The translations under genes and the position numbers were made by a program. Below the pieces are notes generated by a model. That model did not search any database. It was not told the DNA's origin and worked only from the letters and a program-made list of their open reading frames with translations. Below, in pieces: positions 24,472-32,000 of a stretch of 32,000 bases of DNA. The stretch spans positions 30,001 to 62,000 of the forward strand of contig NZ_PQWO01000011.1 in assembly GCF_003231495.1 (NCBI RefSeq), given 5' to 3'. Source of the DNA: Acaryochloris thomasi RCC1774. Lineage in GTDB: Bacteria; Cyanobacteriota; Cyanobacteriia; Thermosynechococcales; Thermosynechococcaceae. Each line of letters starts with the position of its first letter. The first letter of the stretch is position 1.

Positions 24472-24813
24472 ATGAAACTTCTCGGCAGATTTTTGGGATT
24501 AGTGCTTGTATTGCTTGGCTTATACGTACTGGGCCAAAACATCTACTTCACGACAAATGTCTCTCCCTACTGGTGGCGCGGGCTTGCTGCTGACTCCTCC
24601 GTACTGTGTCTTACGAGCGGTATCATCTCTCTATTCTTCTTTCCCAAAGAACTGAAATCCCTTGGCTGGATTGCAATGGGGCTAGGTGTTTTACTTGTCT
24701 TCGTCAGCAGTCGAGCTGTCCTACAGCCCACAAGCCTGTGGCAATTCTGCCTATCGACGGCCAGCTTTGTCGGTGGTTACCAGTTGATAACGAAGGGGAA
24801 AATTAATCTTTAG
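24472..24813 (+). CDS. Small hypothetical integral membrane protein (3-4 predicted TM segments)
   Basis: This 113-aa ATG ORF has hydrophobic stretches FLGLVLVLLGLYVL, SVLCLTSGIISLFFF, GWIAMGLGVLLVFV and FCLSTASFVGGY. No family was recognised. Confidence 0.55.
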   Translation: MKLLGRFLGLVLVLLGLYVLGQNIYFTTNVSPYWWRGLAADSSVLCLTSGIISLFFFPKELKSLGWIAMGLGVLLVFVSSRAVLQPTSLWQFCLSTASFVGGYQLITKGKINL

Positions 24814-24823
24814 AGGATGTTGA

Positions 24824-26797
24824 CTAGTATTGAGCCAGCAGCTCAGGGATAAAGTCATATCCGTCTACTCCAATTTCTTGAATGATTCTAGGGCGCTGCT
24901 CTTGAAGCAGATCTTGAAAAGCATCTGCACCGACTTTTCCTTTGAGCACAGTGAGCAATCCTGCGGCTTGAGACCAGTCAGGAGACTCAATTTGCTTGAG
25001 CAGATACATCCCCAGACAACCGTAATGAATTGCAGACGCGGGCTGTTCTAAAACATGAAAGGCTTCAGCTAAATTAGTGAAGTTCAATCCCTTAAGATAC
25101 GAGTCGCCTGACAGATTTGCGGCTCCTAAACCGGCTTCAAGGGCACGGATCGCCTCTTGTGGCTGAGACAATGTTAGGTGTGCAATACCTAGACTGCTGT
25201 GACACAACGCCTGACTCTGCAGATCGTTTAACTTCTCTGCGATCTCTAATCCCTGCTGAAGATAGCGCATAGAAATAACGTAGCGATCTGGATCCGCTTG
25301 CTCTAGTTGCTGCGCCGCGCAAACTTGACTGAACCCCAAATTAGTGAGCGAATTTGCCTCACCTCGACGATCACCTTGCTCACGACTGAGGATCAAAGCC
25401 CGCTGGCTGTCATCAATCGCTTGAGCATATTCCTTCAGAGAGATATGAGTCCGACTGAGGTGATTGAGGTTGGCAATCTCACAGGCTCTATCTTTGGCCG
25501 TTCGAGCAACATCCAAAGCCTGCTGATGAAAGTCAAGTGCCTGTTGATTGCGTCCCAAAGCTCTTTGAGAGTAGCCGAGGAGCGTCAGAATGCGGGCTTT
25601 CTCATGGGTTCCCTCCACTTGCTTAAGCGGGACATCTAGATAGTCCAGGGTCATATTCAGATAGCCACCGTCAAAGGCCGCAAAGACGCCACCGTAGAGC
25701 GGGAAATAGGACTGCTGAGCAAAGCTGCGTAAAATTTGCAGCGTGATCTGGAAGTATGCGTCGGAAAAGCTTTGCTGTTGAGCCAGTTGCCGGGTCCCAA
25801 CCGCTAGCTCAGACCAGATGCTGGCAAACGTCAGATATGACGAGATCGAGAGTTTTGGCCCCACTCTTGTGTCATAGGCCTGCTGATCAAACCATGACAC
25901 TAACCCCCGCTGCAGGAACCGCATCACAATCATCAGCTCAATCCAGTCACTCAACTGACAGGTCGAGGCTTGGGCTGCCCACTGTTGAATAGAGATCTGT
26001 TGCTGAGCAATGAGCTTGAACAATGTTTGGGTTAAAGATAACCGCGCCAACGGCTGAGCCGGTTCAGCCTGAAAAAAGGCGTTTGTCGTTTGGGTCGGAG
26101 TTGCGTCCAGCTTCCTAGCCCAAAACTCCCAAGGGCTTTGGCCCCTTTGAAAACCCGCTTCTCTCGTTGGGGCATCGAAAATCCAGCCGGTGACATGGCT
26201 CTGCAGCCGACGACAAGCTGCCAAGCCCTTCTTGAGGCCAGAAGTGACCTGCTTGAGATCCTGCGCTGCAGCGAGACTACGATTCTGCCCGCTTTGCTTG
26301 AGTGCAGCAGCCAGTTGCTCAATATCCTGGTTTGTAAAGATAGGGGTGCGATTGAGATCTAGCTCTCCGAGTAAGGCAAGCAATGCCTGTTGTTTGTCTG
26401 GAGCTGCGACAATTTTTTGAGTGGCAGCGGTAATGATCGTTGCATTCTGTGTTTTGACGGCTAGCTCTTCCCAAGCCTTTTGCAGCATTTTCATGCCACG
26501 ACATGAGCGCTCAACCTTTGCTGGGACTTGATCCTTTGAAAATTGACCCGCCTGAGCCTGAAGCTCCTGCTCTCGCTCAGATAAACAGCGTTCTAGCAGC
26601 TCTCCCTCGACAGTCATTTGCGAACTTAACTGCTGCCACTCCGTTGCGAAGGCATGCTGTAAAGCTTCTTTGGACAGAAACTCACCGCTCAAGTAGCGAC
26701 CGAGAAGAGTTTCAATCAGTGTGGAATAAGGTTCGTGTGGCATAAATGATTCTTGAGGATAATCCACTGTTGTCTCCGATAGCTCTGCCTGCGGCAT
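24824..26797 (-). CDS. Tetratricopeptide-repeat protein with a large uncharacterised N-terminal region
   Basis: In the 657-aa protein, the C-terminal ~250 aa show TPR-like units (ARILTLLGYSQRALGRNQQALDFHQQAL, EANSLTNLGFSQ, ALCHSSLGIAHLTLSQPQEAIRALEAGL). The N-terminal 400 aa are Gln/Ala/Leu-rich helical sequence with no motif I can name. Confidence 0.65.
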   Translation of the reverse strand: MPQAELSETTVDYPQESFMPHEPYSTLIETLLGRYLSGEFLSKEALQHAFATEWQQLSSQMTVEGELLERCLSEREQELQAQAGQFSKDQVPAKVERSCRGMKMLQKAWEELAVKTQNATIITAATQKIVAAPDKQQALLALLGELDLNRTPIFTNQDIEQLAAALKQSGQNRSLAAAQDLKQVTSGLKKGLAACRRLQSHVTGWIFDAPTREAGFQRGQSPWEFWARKLDATPTQTTNAFFQAEPAQPLARLSLTQTLFKLIAQQQISIQQWAAQASTCQLSDWIELMIVMRFLQRGLVSWFDQQAYDTRVGPKLSISSYLTFASIWSELAVGTRQLAQQQSFSDAYFQITLQILRSFAQQSYFPLYGGVFAAFDGGYLNMTLDYLDVPLKQVEGTHEKARILTLLGYSQRALGRNQQALDFHQQALDVARTAKDRACEIANLNHLSRTHISLKEYAQAIDDSQRALILSREQGDRRGEANSLTNLGFSQVCAAQQLEQADPDRYVISMRYLQQGLEIAEKLNDLQSQALCHSSLGIAHLTLSQPQEAIRALEAGLGAANLSGDSYLKGLNFTNLAEAFHVLEQPASAIHYGCLGMYLLKQIESPDWSQAAGLLTVLKGKVGADAFQDLLQEQRPRIIQEIGVDGYDFIPELLAQY

Positions 26798-26900
26798 CCT
26801 GCAGGCTGATCGGCAGCCTTGTTCAAAGAAACCGCTTCAATTGCTCGTTTTTCGATACTGGCTTCAAAGATAAGGTAGCGAGTAGGAGGCCAAGACGGCA

Positions 26901-27527
26901 TTAGGTCTCAGATGCTTTTTTGCTGGCTTCAGCTTTGCGCTCACTATGACGATCGGTGAGATGATCGACCTTGTCCCGCAGCAGTAGGGTGAACTTGTAG
27001 AGTTCTTCCATGACATCTACGATGCGATCGCGATAGGCAGAGTCTTTCATCGTGCCGTCTTCATGGAACTCCTGATAGGCTTTGGCAACAGACGATTGAT
27101 TGGGAATGGTAAACATCCGCATCCAGCGGCCCAATAGGCGCATTGAGTTAACTGCATTGAACGATTGGGATCCGCCAGAGACTTGCATCACCGCTAGCGT
27201 TTTCCCTTGGGTGGGCCGGATTGCGCCTAGCGTTAGGGGCACCCAGTCAATCTGAGTTTTCATCAAGCCCGAAATATTGCCGTGGAGTTCAGGACTCGAC
27301 CATGCCTGCCCCTCTGACCACTGCACAAGGGTCCGCAGTTCCTGCACTTTAGGATGGGTTTCAGGTTCAGCACCGTGCAGCGGCAGTCCCCGAGGATCAA
27401 AGAAACGGACCTCTGCACCAATCTCTTCAATGATTCGCGCGGCTTCTTCTGCTGCAAGGCGACTGTAGGAACGCTCCCGTAAGGAACCGTACAAAAACAA
27501 AATGCGGGGTTTGTGCTCAAAAGTCAT
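26901..27527 (-). CDS. arsH: ArsH-type NADPH-dependent FMN reductase
   Basis: Matches are [44 protein letters not shown] and the [20 protein letters not shown] pattern typical of ArsH. No arsB/acr3/arsC lies in the window. Confidence 0.85.
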   Translation of the reverse strand: MTFEHKPRILFLYGSLRERSYSRLAAEEAARIIEEIGAEVRFFDPRGLPLHGAEPETHPKVQELRTLVQWSEGQAWSSPELHGNISGLMKTQIDWVPLTLGAIRPTQGKTLAVMQVSGGSQSFNAVNSMRLLGRWMRMFTIPNQSSVAKAYQEFHEDGTMKDSAYRDRIVDVMEELYKFTLLLRDKVDHLTDRHSERKAEASKKASET

Positions 27528-27573
27528 GGAGACAAGGAAGATGGGATGAAAATATTAGTATCAATCGCACATT

Positions 27574-27936
27574 TTACTGGTCACAAGCTGATTGTCGAGC
27601 TGCTTCATTGAGGGGATCATCCTCAATAGGTTCCCAGTTGCCTTTGCTGGGCTGCTGCTCTGGCTCGATATCTCGGTAGCGATCGCGTTCACAATCATAC
27701 TCAGTGGTGTAATTCTCAGTCTCAGTCCCTGTAGCCTGGATCGCTTCCATGTAGCTGGCTACAGTCACAAACCTCCCTGATCGTTGTATAGAATCAGTAT
27801 CGATGTATTGACGTACATTACCCTCGGCTGATTCTGCCACCTGCTGCCATTGAGTCGCTCGTGCGGGAAGTGCTGAGCAGAGGACAAAACTCAGCGTCAA
27901 TCCCATTACCAGAATTAGCGTTCGACACTTTAGCAT
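27574..27936 (-). CDS. Small secreted hypothetical protein
   Basis: The 120-aa protein has the signal peptide MLKCRTLILVMGLTLSFVLCSALPARA. The mature part begins WQQV...YIDTDSIQRSGRFV and is acidic, with two Cys. Confidence 0.6.
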   Translation of the reverse strand: MLKCRTLILVMGLTLSFVLCSALPARATQWQQVAESAEGNVRQYIDTDSIQRSGRFVTVASYMEAIQATGTETENYTTEYDCERDRYRDIEPEQQPSKGNWEPIEDDPLNEAARQSACDQ

Positions 27937-27968
27937 CGCTGTTCCCTCCTAAATGTTGAAGCTATTGT

Positions 27969-29135
27969 TCAAACAGTGATGTACCACCGCCGCCAGTGCA
28001 GACCGTAGGCCACTACCCACCAAAATAGCAGAGTTGCAAAGGAGAACAAGAAGCCTGCCGTGGCTGCGCCTGACCAGCTCAAGAAAACATGCTCATAGAT
28101 CCATGTATATGTCGATGGCGCTTCGTCTCCAGAGCCGATGTTTGTTTTCACGAGCAGCTTAATCACCAAGACTGACGCAACAAAGATAAAAATCGAATTA
28201 AGTCCCAGCACCTCTAGCGGTTTACCCCAGCGTTTTTGACCGCGTACCTCAATCAGTTCGTAACAGGCGGCCAACAGCAGCAGCGCCAGCCCCACCGTGA
28301 ACATCACAAAAGAGCTGCTCCAGAGCTTTTTGTTGATCGGGAACCAGATGCTCCAGACCTGTCCCACCACTAGGCTACCGAGGCCGAACATTGCCAATGT
28401 GGTGCTTTGGCTTGATGACCGTACGCCTTTGATTACAGCCGTGGTTCGCAGCCATGTCCCTGTGAAGTAGCCGAGTAGAGTGGTTGCGATCGCAGGTAAA
28501 GTCCCGAACAATCCCTCCGGGTCGCCCATATTCTCAAACTGGTCTCCAGCATACAGATGAGCGCTAGGAATAATCAGACGATCAATATAGGCCCCAAAAT
28601 TGCCGACCCGCGTCAAAGTCCCGGCCCCATACTCTGGCACCGGAATCACTGTCAGTGCCAGCCAGTAGCCGATCAGCAAAACTGCTGTCGCTCCCCACTG
28701 AGCCTTGCGCGGTAGCTTCAATACCAGCAGCGCCGTCACGACATAGGCCAAGCTAATCCGCTGTAGAACGCCCATCACTCGAATCGTGCTGAGGTCGTAG
28801 GACCAGAAGCCGTTGAGCAGCAGCCCCAGCGCGAACAGCAGCAGCCCCCGCCGCACGATCCGCCAGTAGACCGCCGGGGTCGGTTGATTGTTTGACGTAT
28901 ACTTTGCCAGGGAAAAGGCCATTGCCACGCCAACGATGTATAAAAAAAACGGAAACACAAGATCTGCTAAAGTCCAGCCATCCCAGTCTGCGTGGGCTAG
29001 CCAGGGATAGACCTCCGCTGTGATCCCAGCCTTGTTGACCAAGAGCATACCTGCGATCGCAATTCCTCGAAAGACATCAAGAGAACGCAGGCGTCTTTGG
29101 GCAGTTGGCACCGTAGCGGCAGGTGAAGCAGACAT
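27969..29135 (-). CDS. Transmembrane acyltransferase (heparan-alpha-glucosaminide N-acetyltransferase-like, DUF1624/DUF5009 type)
   Basis: The N-terminal family motif RLRSLDVFRGIAIAGMLLVN is present. The protein has about 10 hydrophobic segments across 388 aa. Confidence 0.72.
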   Translation of the reverse strand: MSASPAATVPTAQRRLRSLDVFRGIAIAGMLLVNKAGITAEVYPWLAHADWDGWTLADLVFPFFLYIVGVAMAFSLAKYTSNNQPTPAVYWRIVRRGLLLFALGLLLNGFWSYDLSTIRVMGVLQRISLAYVVTALLVLKLPRKAQWGATAVLLIGYWLALTVIPVPEYGAGTLTRVGNFGAYIDRLIIPSAHLYAGDQFENMGDPEGLFGTLPAIATTLLGYFTGTWLRTTAVIKGVRSSSQSTTLAMFGLGSLVVGQVWSIWFPINKKLWSSSFVMFTVGLALLLLAACYELIEVRGQKRWGKPLEVLGLNSIFIFVASVLVIKLLVKTNIGSGDEAPSTYTWIYEHVFLSWSGAATAGFLFSFATLLFWWVVAYGLHWRRWYITV

Positions 29136-29316
29136 AGACCGTATCTAAAATAATGATTAAAGGTTTTATTCGCCAAAACAGGGCGTAAGTCTTTGATTCA
29201 CAGTGTATGACACTGCGTTCACGGCCCTAGCATTCGGCTTCCCAGTGTTATGCTATGTCGGGGAATGTGGGTCACTTATTTAGTTTTCTGTGCTGCTCTA
29301 GCTCTTTAAAAATTCC

Positions 29317-29346
29317 AAAATTAGACGATCAAAAATTAGACGATCA
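29317..29346 (+). repeat. Perfect tandem duplication of a 15-bp unit (AAAATTAGACGATCA x2) ending 2 nt before the deacetylase ATG
   Basis: Positions 29317-29331 and 29332-29346 are identical on direct reading. The ATG is at 29349. Confidence 0.9.
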
Positions 29347-29348
29347 AA

Positions 29349-30230
29349 ATGGCCTACTCGACGAGTAATAATCGTTCCTGGAGTTTAGCTGTTGTGGGGG
29401 CAGCGCTACTGGGGATCGGGGGACTGGTGTGGCAGTTCACGGGTTTACGCACCGCGGTGCCAAACTTGGTGAATCCCAGCGCCATCAGCCAAGCAACGCT
29501 CATAGCGGAATCAGAGGCTGCCTTTGCTCACACCGCTGGACTCATTGCTGAAGCAGAGAAGCAAAAGCTGTACAACGTCACTGTACCGCCGCAGTTTGTG
29601 GGCAAAACCATTAAAGACGTCAAGCTAAAACCTGATCAAAAATATATTGCCCTCACCTTTGATGATGGTCCGTGGCCTGAGGTCACCAATAATATTCTCT
29701 ACACGCTCAAGGCCCACGGCGTCAGGGCCACTTTCTTTGTCGTTGGCCTGCACGTACAGACCTATCCCGAACAGCTTCGGCAGGTCGTTGCTGAGGGACA
29801 TGTTTTAGCCAATCACACCTGGAATCATCGCTATCACAAATTTTCATCAGCAGAGGCCGCCGTTCAACTGAAAAAAACAGCGGACATCATCTACAAGGAA
29901 ACGGGCGTAAAGACGGCCCTGTTCCGGCCCCCAGGTGGCAAGCTCCACAATGGCCTTGTCAAATATGCCAACGCCCACAAATACAGCTCAATTATGTGGT
30001 CTCAGGATTCAGGAGACACCTCCCGTATCTCGTCATCCAGAATTTTGGCTAATATTCTCGCAGGTGCTAAACCAGGGGCGATTATCCTCATGCATGACGG
30101 TGGTGGGGATCGTCTCAAAACAGCCTCTATGCTGCCTCAGGCGATCAAAGAGCTTAAGAAACGTGGCTATCAATTTGTGACGGTACCCGAGCTATTTGAG
30201 CTTTCGGCGCAGAATAACGCTCCGAATTAG
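29349..30230 (+). CDS. Polysaccharide deacetylase (NodB-homology domain) with N-terminal membrane anchor
   Basis: NodB motifs are IALTFDDGPW, ATFFVVG, HVLANHTWNH, LFRPPGG and IILMHD. The N-terminal TM segment is WSLAVVGAALLGIGGLVW. Confidence 0.88.
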   Translation: MAYSTSNNRSWSLAVVGAALLGIGGLVWQFTGLRTAVPNLVNPSAISQATLIAESEAAFAHTAGLIAEAEKQKLYNVTVPPQFVGKTIKDVKLKPDQKYIALTFDDGPWPEVTNNILYTLKAHGVRATFFVVGLHVQTYPEQLRQVVAEGHVLANHTWNHRYHKFSSAEAAVQLKKTADIIYKETGVKTALFRPPGGKLHNGLVKYANAHKYSSIMWSQDSGDTSRISSSRILANILAGAKPGAIILMHDGGGDRLKTASMLPQAIKELKKRGYQFVTVPELFELSAQNNAPN

Positions 30231-30520
30231 GAGCGATGTCTTCGAAATAAAGCTGTATTCCCATATAAAAGCGCTTAAAGTCCCGCGCTCAGAATTAGGA
30301 GAGGGATTTAGGGAGAAGGCCGTGCAATACTTTAGCTAAAGTGAGATGCTACCGGGTTTATGTCTTCTGTCGTGTTCAGGCGAGAGTCGGTCCGCACCGA
30401 TTAAAATCTCAAATTTAGTAACAAAATTCTAAATAATGGCCTAGTTCTGTCAGATTCATAGTGCAGCGGGGAAGCCTATGCAAATGGGCCAAAGAACATC
30501 GACTCAGGTTTCATTCGGCT

Positions 30521-32000
30521 ATGTCATCCAATGATTCATCGTCTCAAGCTGCAGATCACCCAAAACCGTTGGCTTCAGACCCTCCACTTACCGAGATTTC
30601 GGCTAACCGCGACGCCCTTTTAGCCGCTTTAACACTGCGAATGCGGCGGTCGCTTAGCTCTAGCGAAATTCTGCAGGCCACCGTTACTGACCTGCAGCAC
30701 TTTTTCGCAGCGGAGCGGGTGATTCTCTGTCGGTTCGGTGCTGACTGGCGCGGCATGGTGGTTATGGAGTCGGCGGGGGCCGGAGTTCCTTCGCTTTTGG
30801 GGACAGAAATTGACGCTCGCTCTTCAAGCTCTGACTGGATTGAATCCTACTTAAAAGGTGCAGGACAGGCGATTGCCGATCTGACCGTCACCTCTGCAGA
30901 AAACGGTGACTTGTCAGAGGACCATCGTAATTTTTTGACGGCACTCCAGGCTCGCTCGCATCTGATCATGCCCGTTCTCCAGGACCATCAACAGGCCTCA
31001 ACGCTTGGTGGTTGGGCTGCTAGCGCTCTTCAGGGGCGTTCTCAGCAGGCTCAATTATGGGGGCTACTGGTGGTGCAGCACTGTTCGGCCCCTCGGCAGT
31101 GGCAGGCTGCTGAGATGGAGACACTAGAGCAGTTGAGTACATTGGTTGCGATCGCAATTCGTCAAGGCGATCTCTATAGCGTTGCCCAAGCCGAACTGAT
31201 CAAGCGACAGCGCGCCGACGCCGAAAAACGTCGTCTCAAGCAGGTGCTGCAGCAGCGACAGCAAAGTCAGCCCGCCCTCCATGACACCCTGCAGCAAGAA
31301 ATTGCTCAGCGTCATCATCTAGAAGCTGTGCTGGCTCATGAACAATCCCTCGCTCAAGTAACGCTGCAGGCTGTCAGAGATGCTGTGATTACCGTTGATC
31401 TAGAGGGCGAAATTCAGACCCTCAACCCCGCCGCCGAACGCCTAACCGGGTGGTCTACAGTAGAGGCCCAGTCCCATCCTTTAATGACGGTCTTTCGGGT
31501 CGTTGATGAGGTCAGTCGTCAACCCCTGATCAGCCCGCTAGAACGGCCAGATGCCCGTGAATACCAGTTGGGTCTGCTCCTCAATCAAGGCGGTAGTGAA
31601 CACCTCGTCGACATTGTTGTCATGCCCATTCACAACCAAGATGGGCAGCCCCTCGGCACTGTGGTTGTTTTCAACGATGTCACCCAGTCTCATCAGCTAG
31701 AACAGGATCTTTCTTGGCATGCAACCCATGACAGTCTGACCCAGTTAATGAATCGACGAACCTTTGAACAAAAGCTGATCGAGACGATTACTAGAGTCAA
31801 AGACACGGATCAACAAAGCGTTTTGTGCTGCATCGACCTTGATCAATTCAAAGTGATCAACGATACCTGTGGCCATGTTGCCGGCGATCAGTTACTCAAG
31901 CAGGTGACGAACCTATTGAAGCAATGGACGCGATCAACAGATACCTTAGCGCGCCTCAGCGGTGATGAATTTGGCCTCTTGCTCCATCAATGCTCCTTAG
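30521..32000 (+). CDS. GAF-PAS-GGDEF signalling protein (diguanylate cyclase-type), 3' end beyond the window
   Basis: The frame is open from ATG 30521 to the window edge; it is absent from the track because it has no stop. The GAF end is LWGLLVVQHCSAPRQWQAAEMETLEQLSTLVAIAIRQ. A coiled-coil linker follows, then PAS (AVITVDLEGEIQTLNPAAERLTGW) and GGDEF (HDSLTQLMNRRTF, DLDQFKVINDTCGHVAGDQLL, RLSGDEFGLL). An in-frame GTG at 30461 is an alternative start. Confidence 0.9.
   Translation, partial: MSSNDSSSQAADHPKPLASDPPLTEISANRDALLAALTLRMRRSLSSSEILQATVTDLQHFFAAERVILCRFGADWRGMVVMESAGAGVPSLLGTEIDARSSSSDWIESYLKGAGQAIADLTVTSAENGDLSEDHRNFLTALQARSHLIMPVLQDHQQASTLGGWAASALQGRSQQAQLWGLLVVQHCSAPRQWQAAEMETLEQLSTLVAIAIRQGDLYSVAQAELIKRQRADAEKRRLKQVLQQRQQSQPALHDTLQQEIAQRHHLEAVLAHEQSLAQVTLQAVRDAVITVDLEGEIQTLNPAAERLTGWSTVEAQSHPLMTVFRVVDEVSRQPLISPLERPDAREYQLGLLLNQGGSEHLVDIVVMPIHNQDGQPLGTVVVFNDVTQSHQLEQDLSWHATHDSLTQLMNRRTFEQKLIETITRVKDTDQQSVLCCIDLDQFKVINDTCGHVAGDQLLKQVTNLLKQWTRSTDTLARLSGDEFGLLLHQCSL

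Noticed and set aside
26716-26901. A 61-aa ORF whose ATG overlaps the arsH stop (TAATG) and which runs across the TPR-gene start.
   Set aside because: The overlap motif is suggestive of coupling. However, the ORF overlaps the TPR start out of frame, has no motif, and TAATG can arise by chance. It is noted only as a possible sign of co-transcription.
30556-31318. Minus-strand ORFs 30556..30756 and 31124..31318.
   Set aside because: They are antisense to a continuous, motif-rich GAF-PAS-GGDEF reading frame.
1-32000. A search by eye for CRISPR arrays, rRNA, tmRNA/RNase P/SRP RNA, IS elements and prophage genes.
   Set aside because: No regularly spaced repeats, no conserved rRNA or ncRNA core motifs and no transposase- or integrase-like ORFs were found.

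Overview
The window looks like a cyanobacterial chromosome segment. It has 22 copies of the HIP1 octamer GCGATCGC, ndhC/ndhJ, ftrC, hemE and a plastid-like tRNA-Glu(UUC). I support about 30 protein genes, one tRNA, several hairpins or terminators and a few short repeats. I saw no rRNA, CRISPR array, transposase or integrase. Most genes are housekeeping: cbiG-cobJ fusion, hemE, an SDR epimerase, ndhC, ndhJ, ftrC, rfbD, rsmI, a Xi-class GST, arsH, a polysaccharide deacetylase and a GAF-PAS-GGDEF protein that runs off the 3' edge. The least ordinary region is about 4.4-11.9 kb, a minus-strand run of TauE/SafE permease, two tandem animal-haem-peroxidase paralogues, a 63-aa basic ORF and a signal-peptide-bearing PCD-like protein. 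The two peroxidases have unrelated N-terminal modules and no signal peptides. They are separated and preceded by unusually long (700 and 558 bp), very A+T-rich spacers that share a 42-bp block and ATTG-N-CAAT palindromes. Other points worth a second look:
- a frameshifted PIN (VapC-like) gene followed, not preceded, by a Phd-like antitoxin, with a 14-bp palindrome at its start
- an orphan Phd-like antitoxin
- a three-copy short intergenic repeat family
- ndhC directly followed by ndhJ with no ndhK
- a YfbK-like VWA protein carrying a porin-type SLH/coiled-coil N-terminus, tightly followed by a DUF1643 gene
- a J-domain protein with a duplicated glycine-rich hydrophobic module
- a possible cobalamin-riboswitch-like leader
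- a perfect 15-bp tandem duplication abutting a start codon

I do not see a clear-cut multi-gene novel system. The peroxidase cluster is my best candidate. All functional calls rest on motif recognition by eye, with no searches run.
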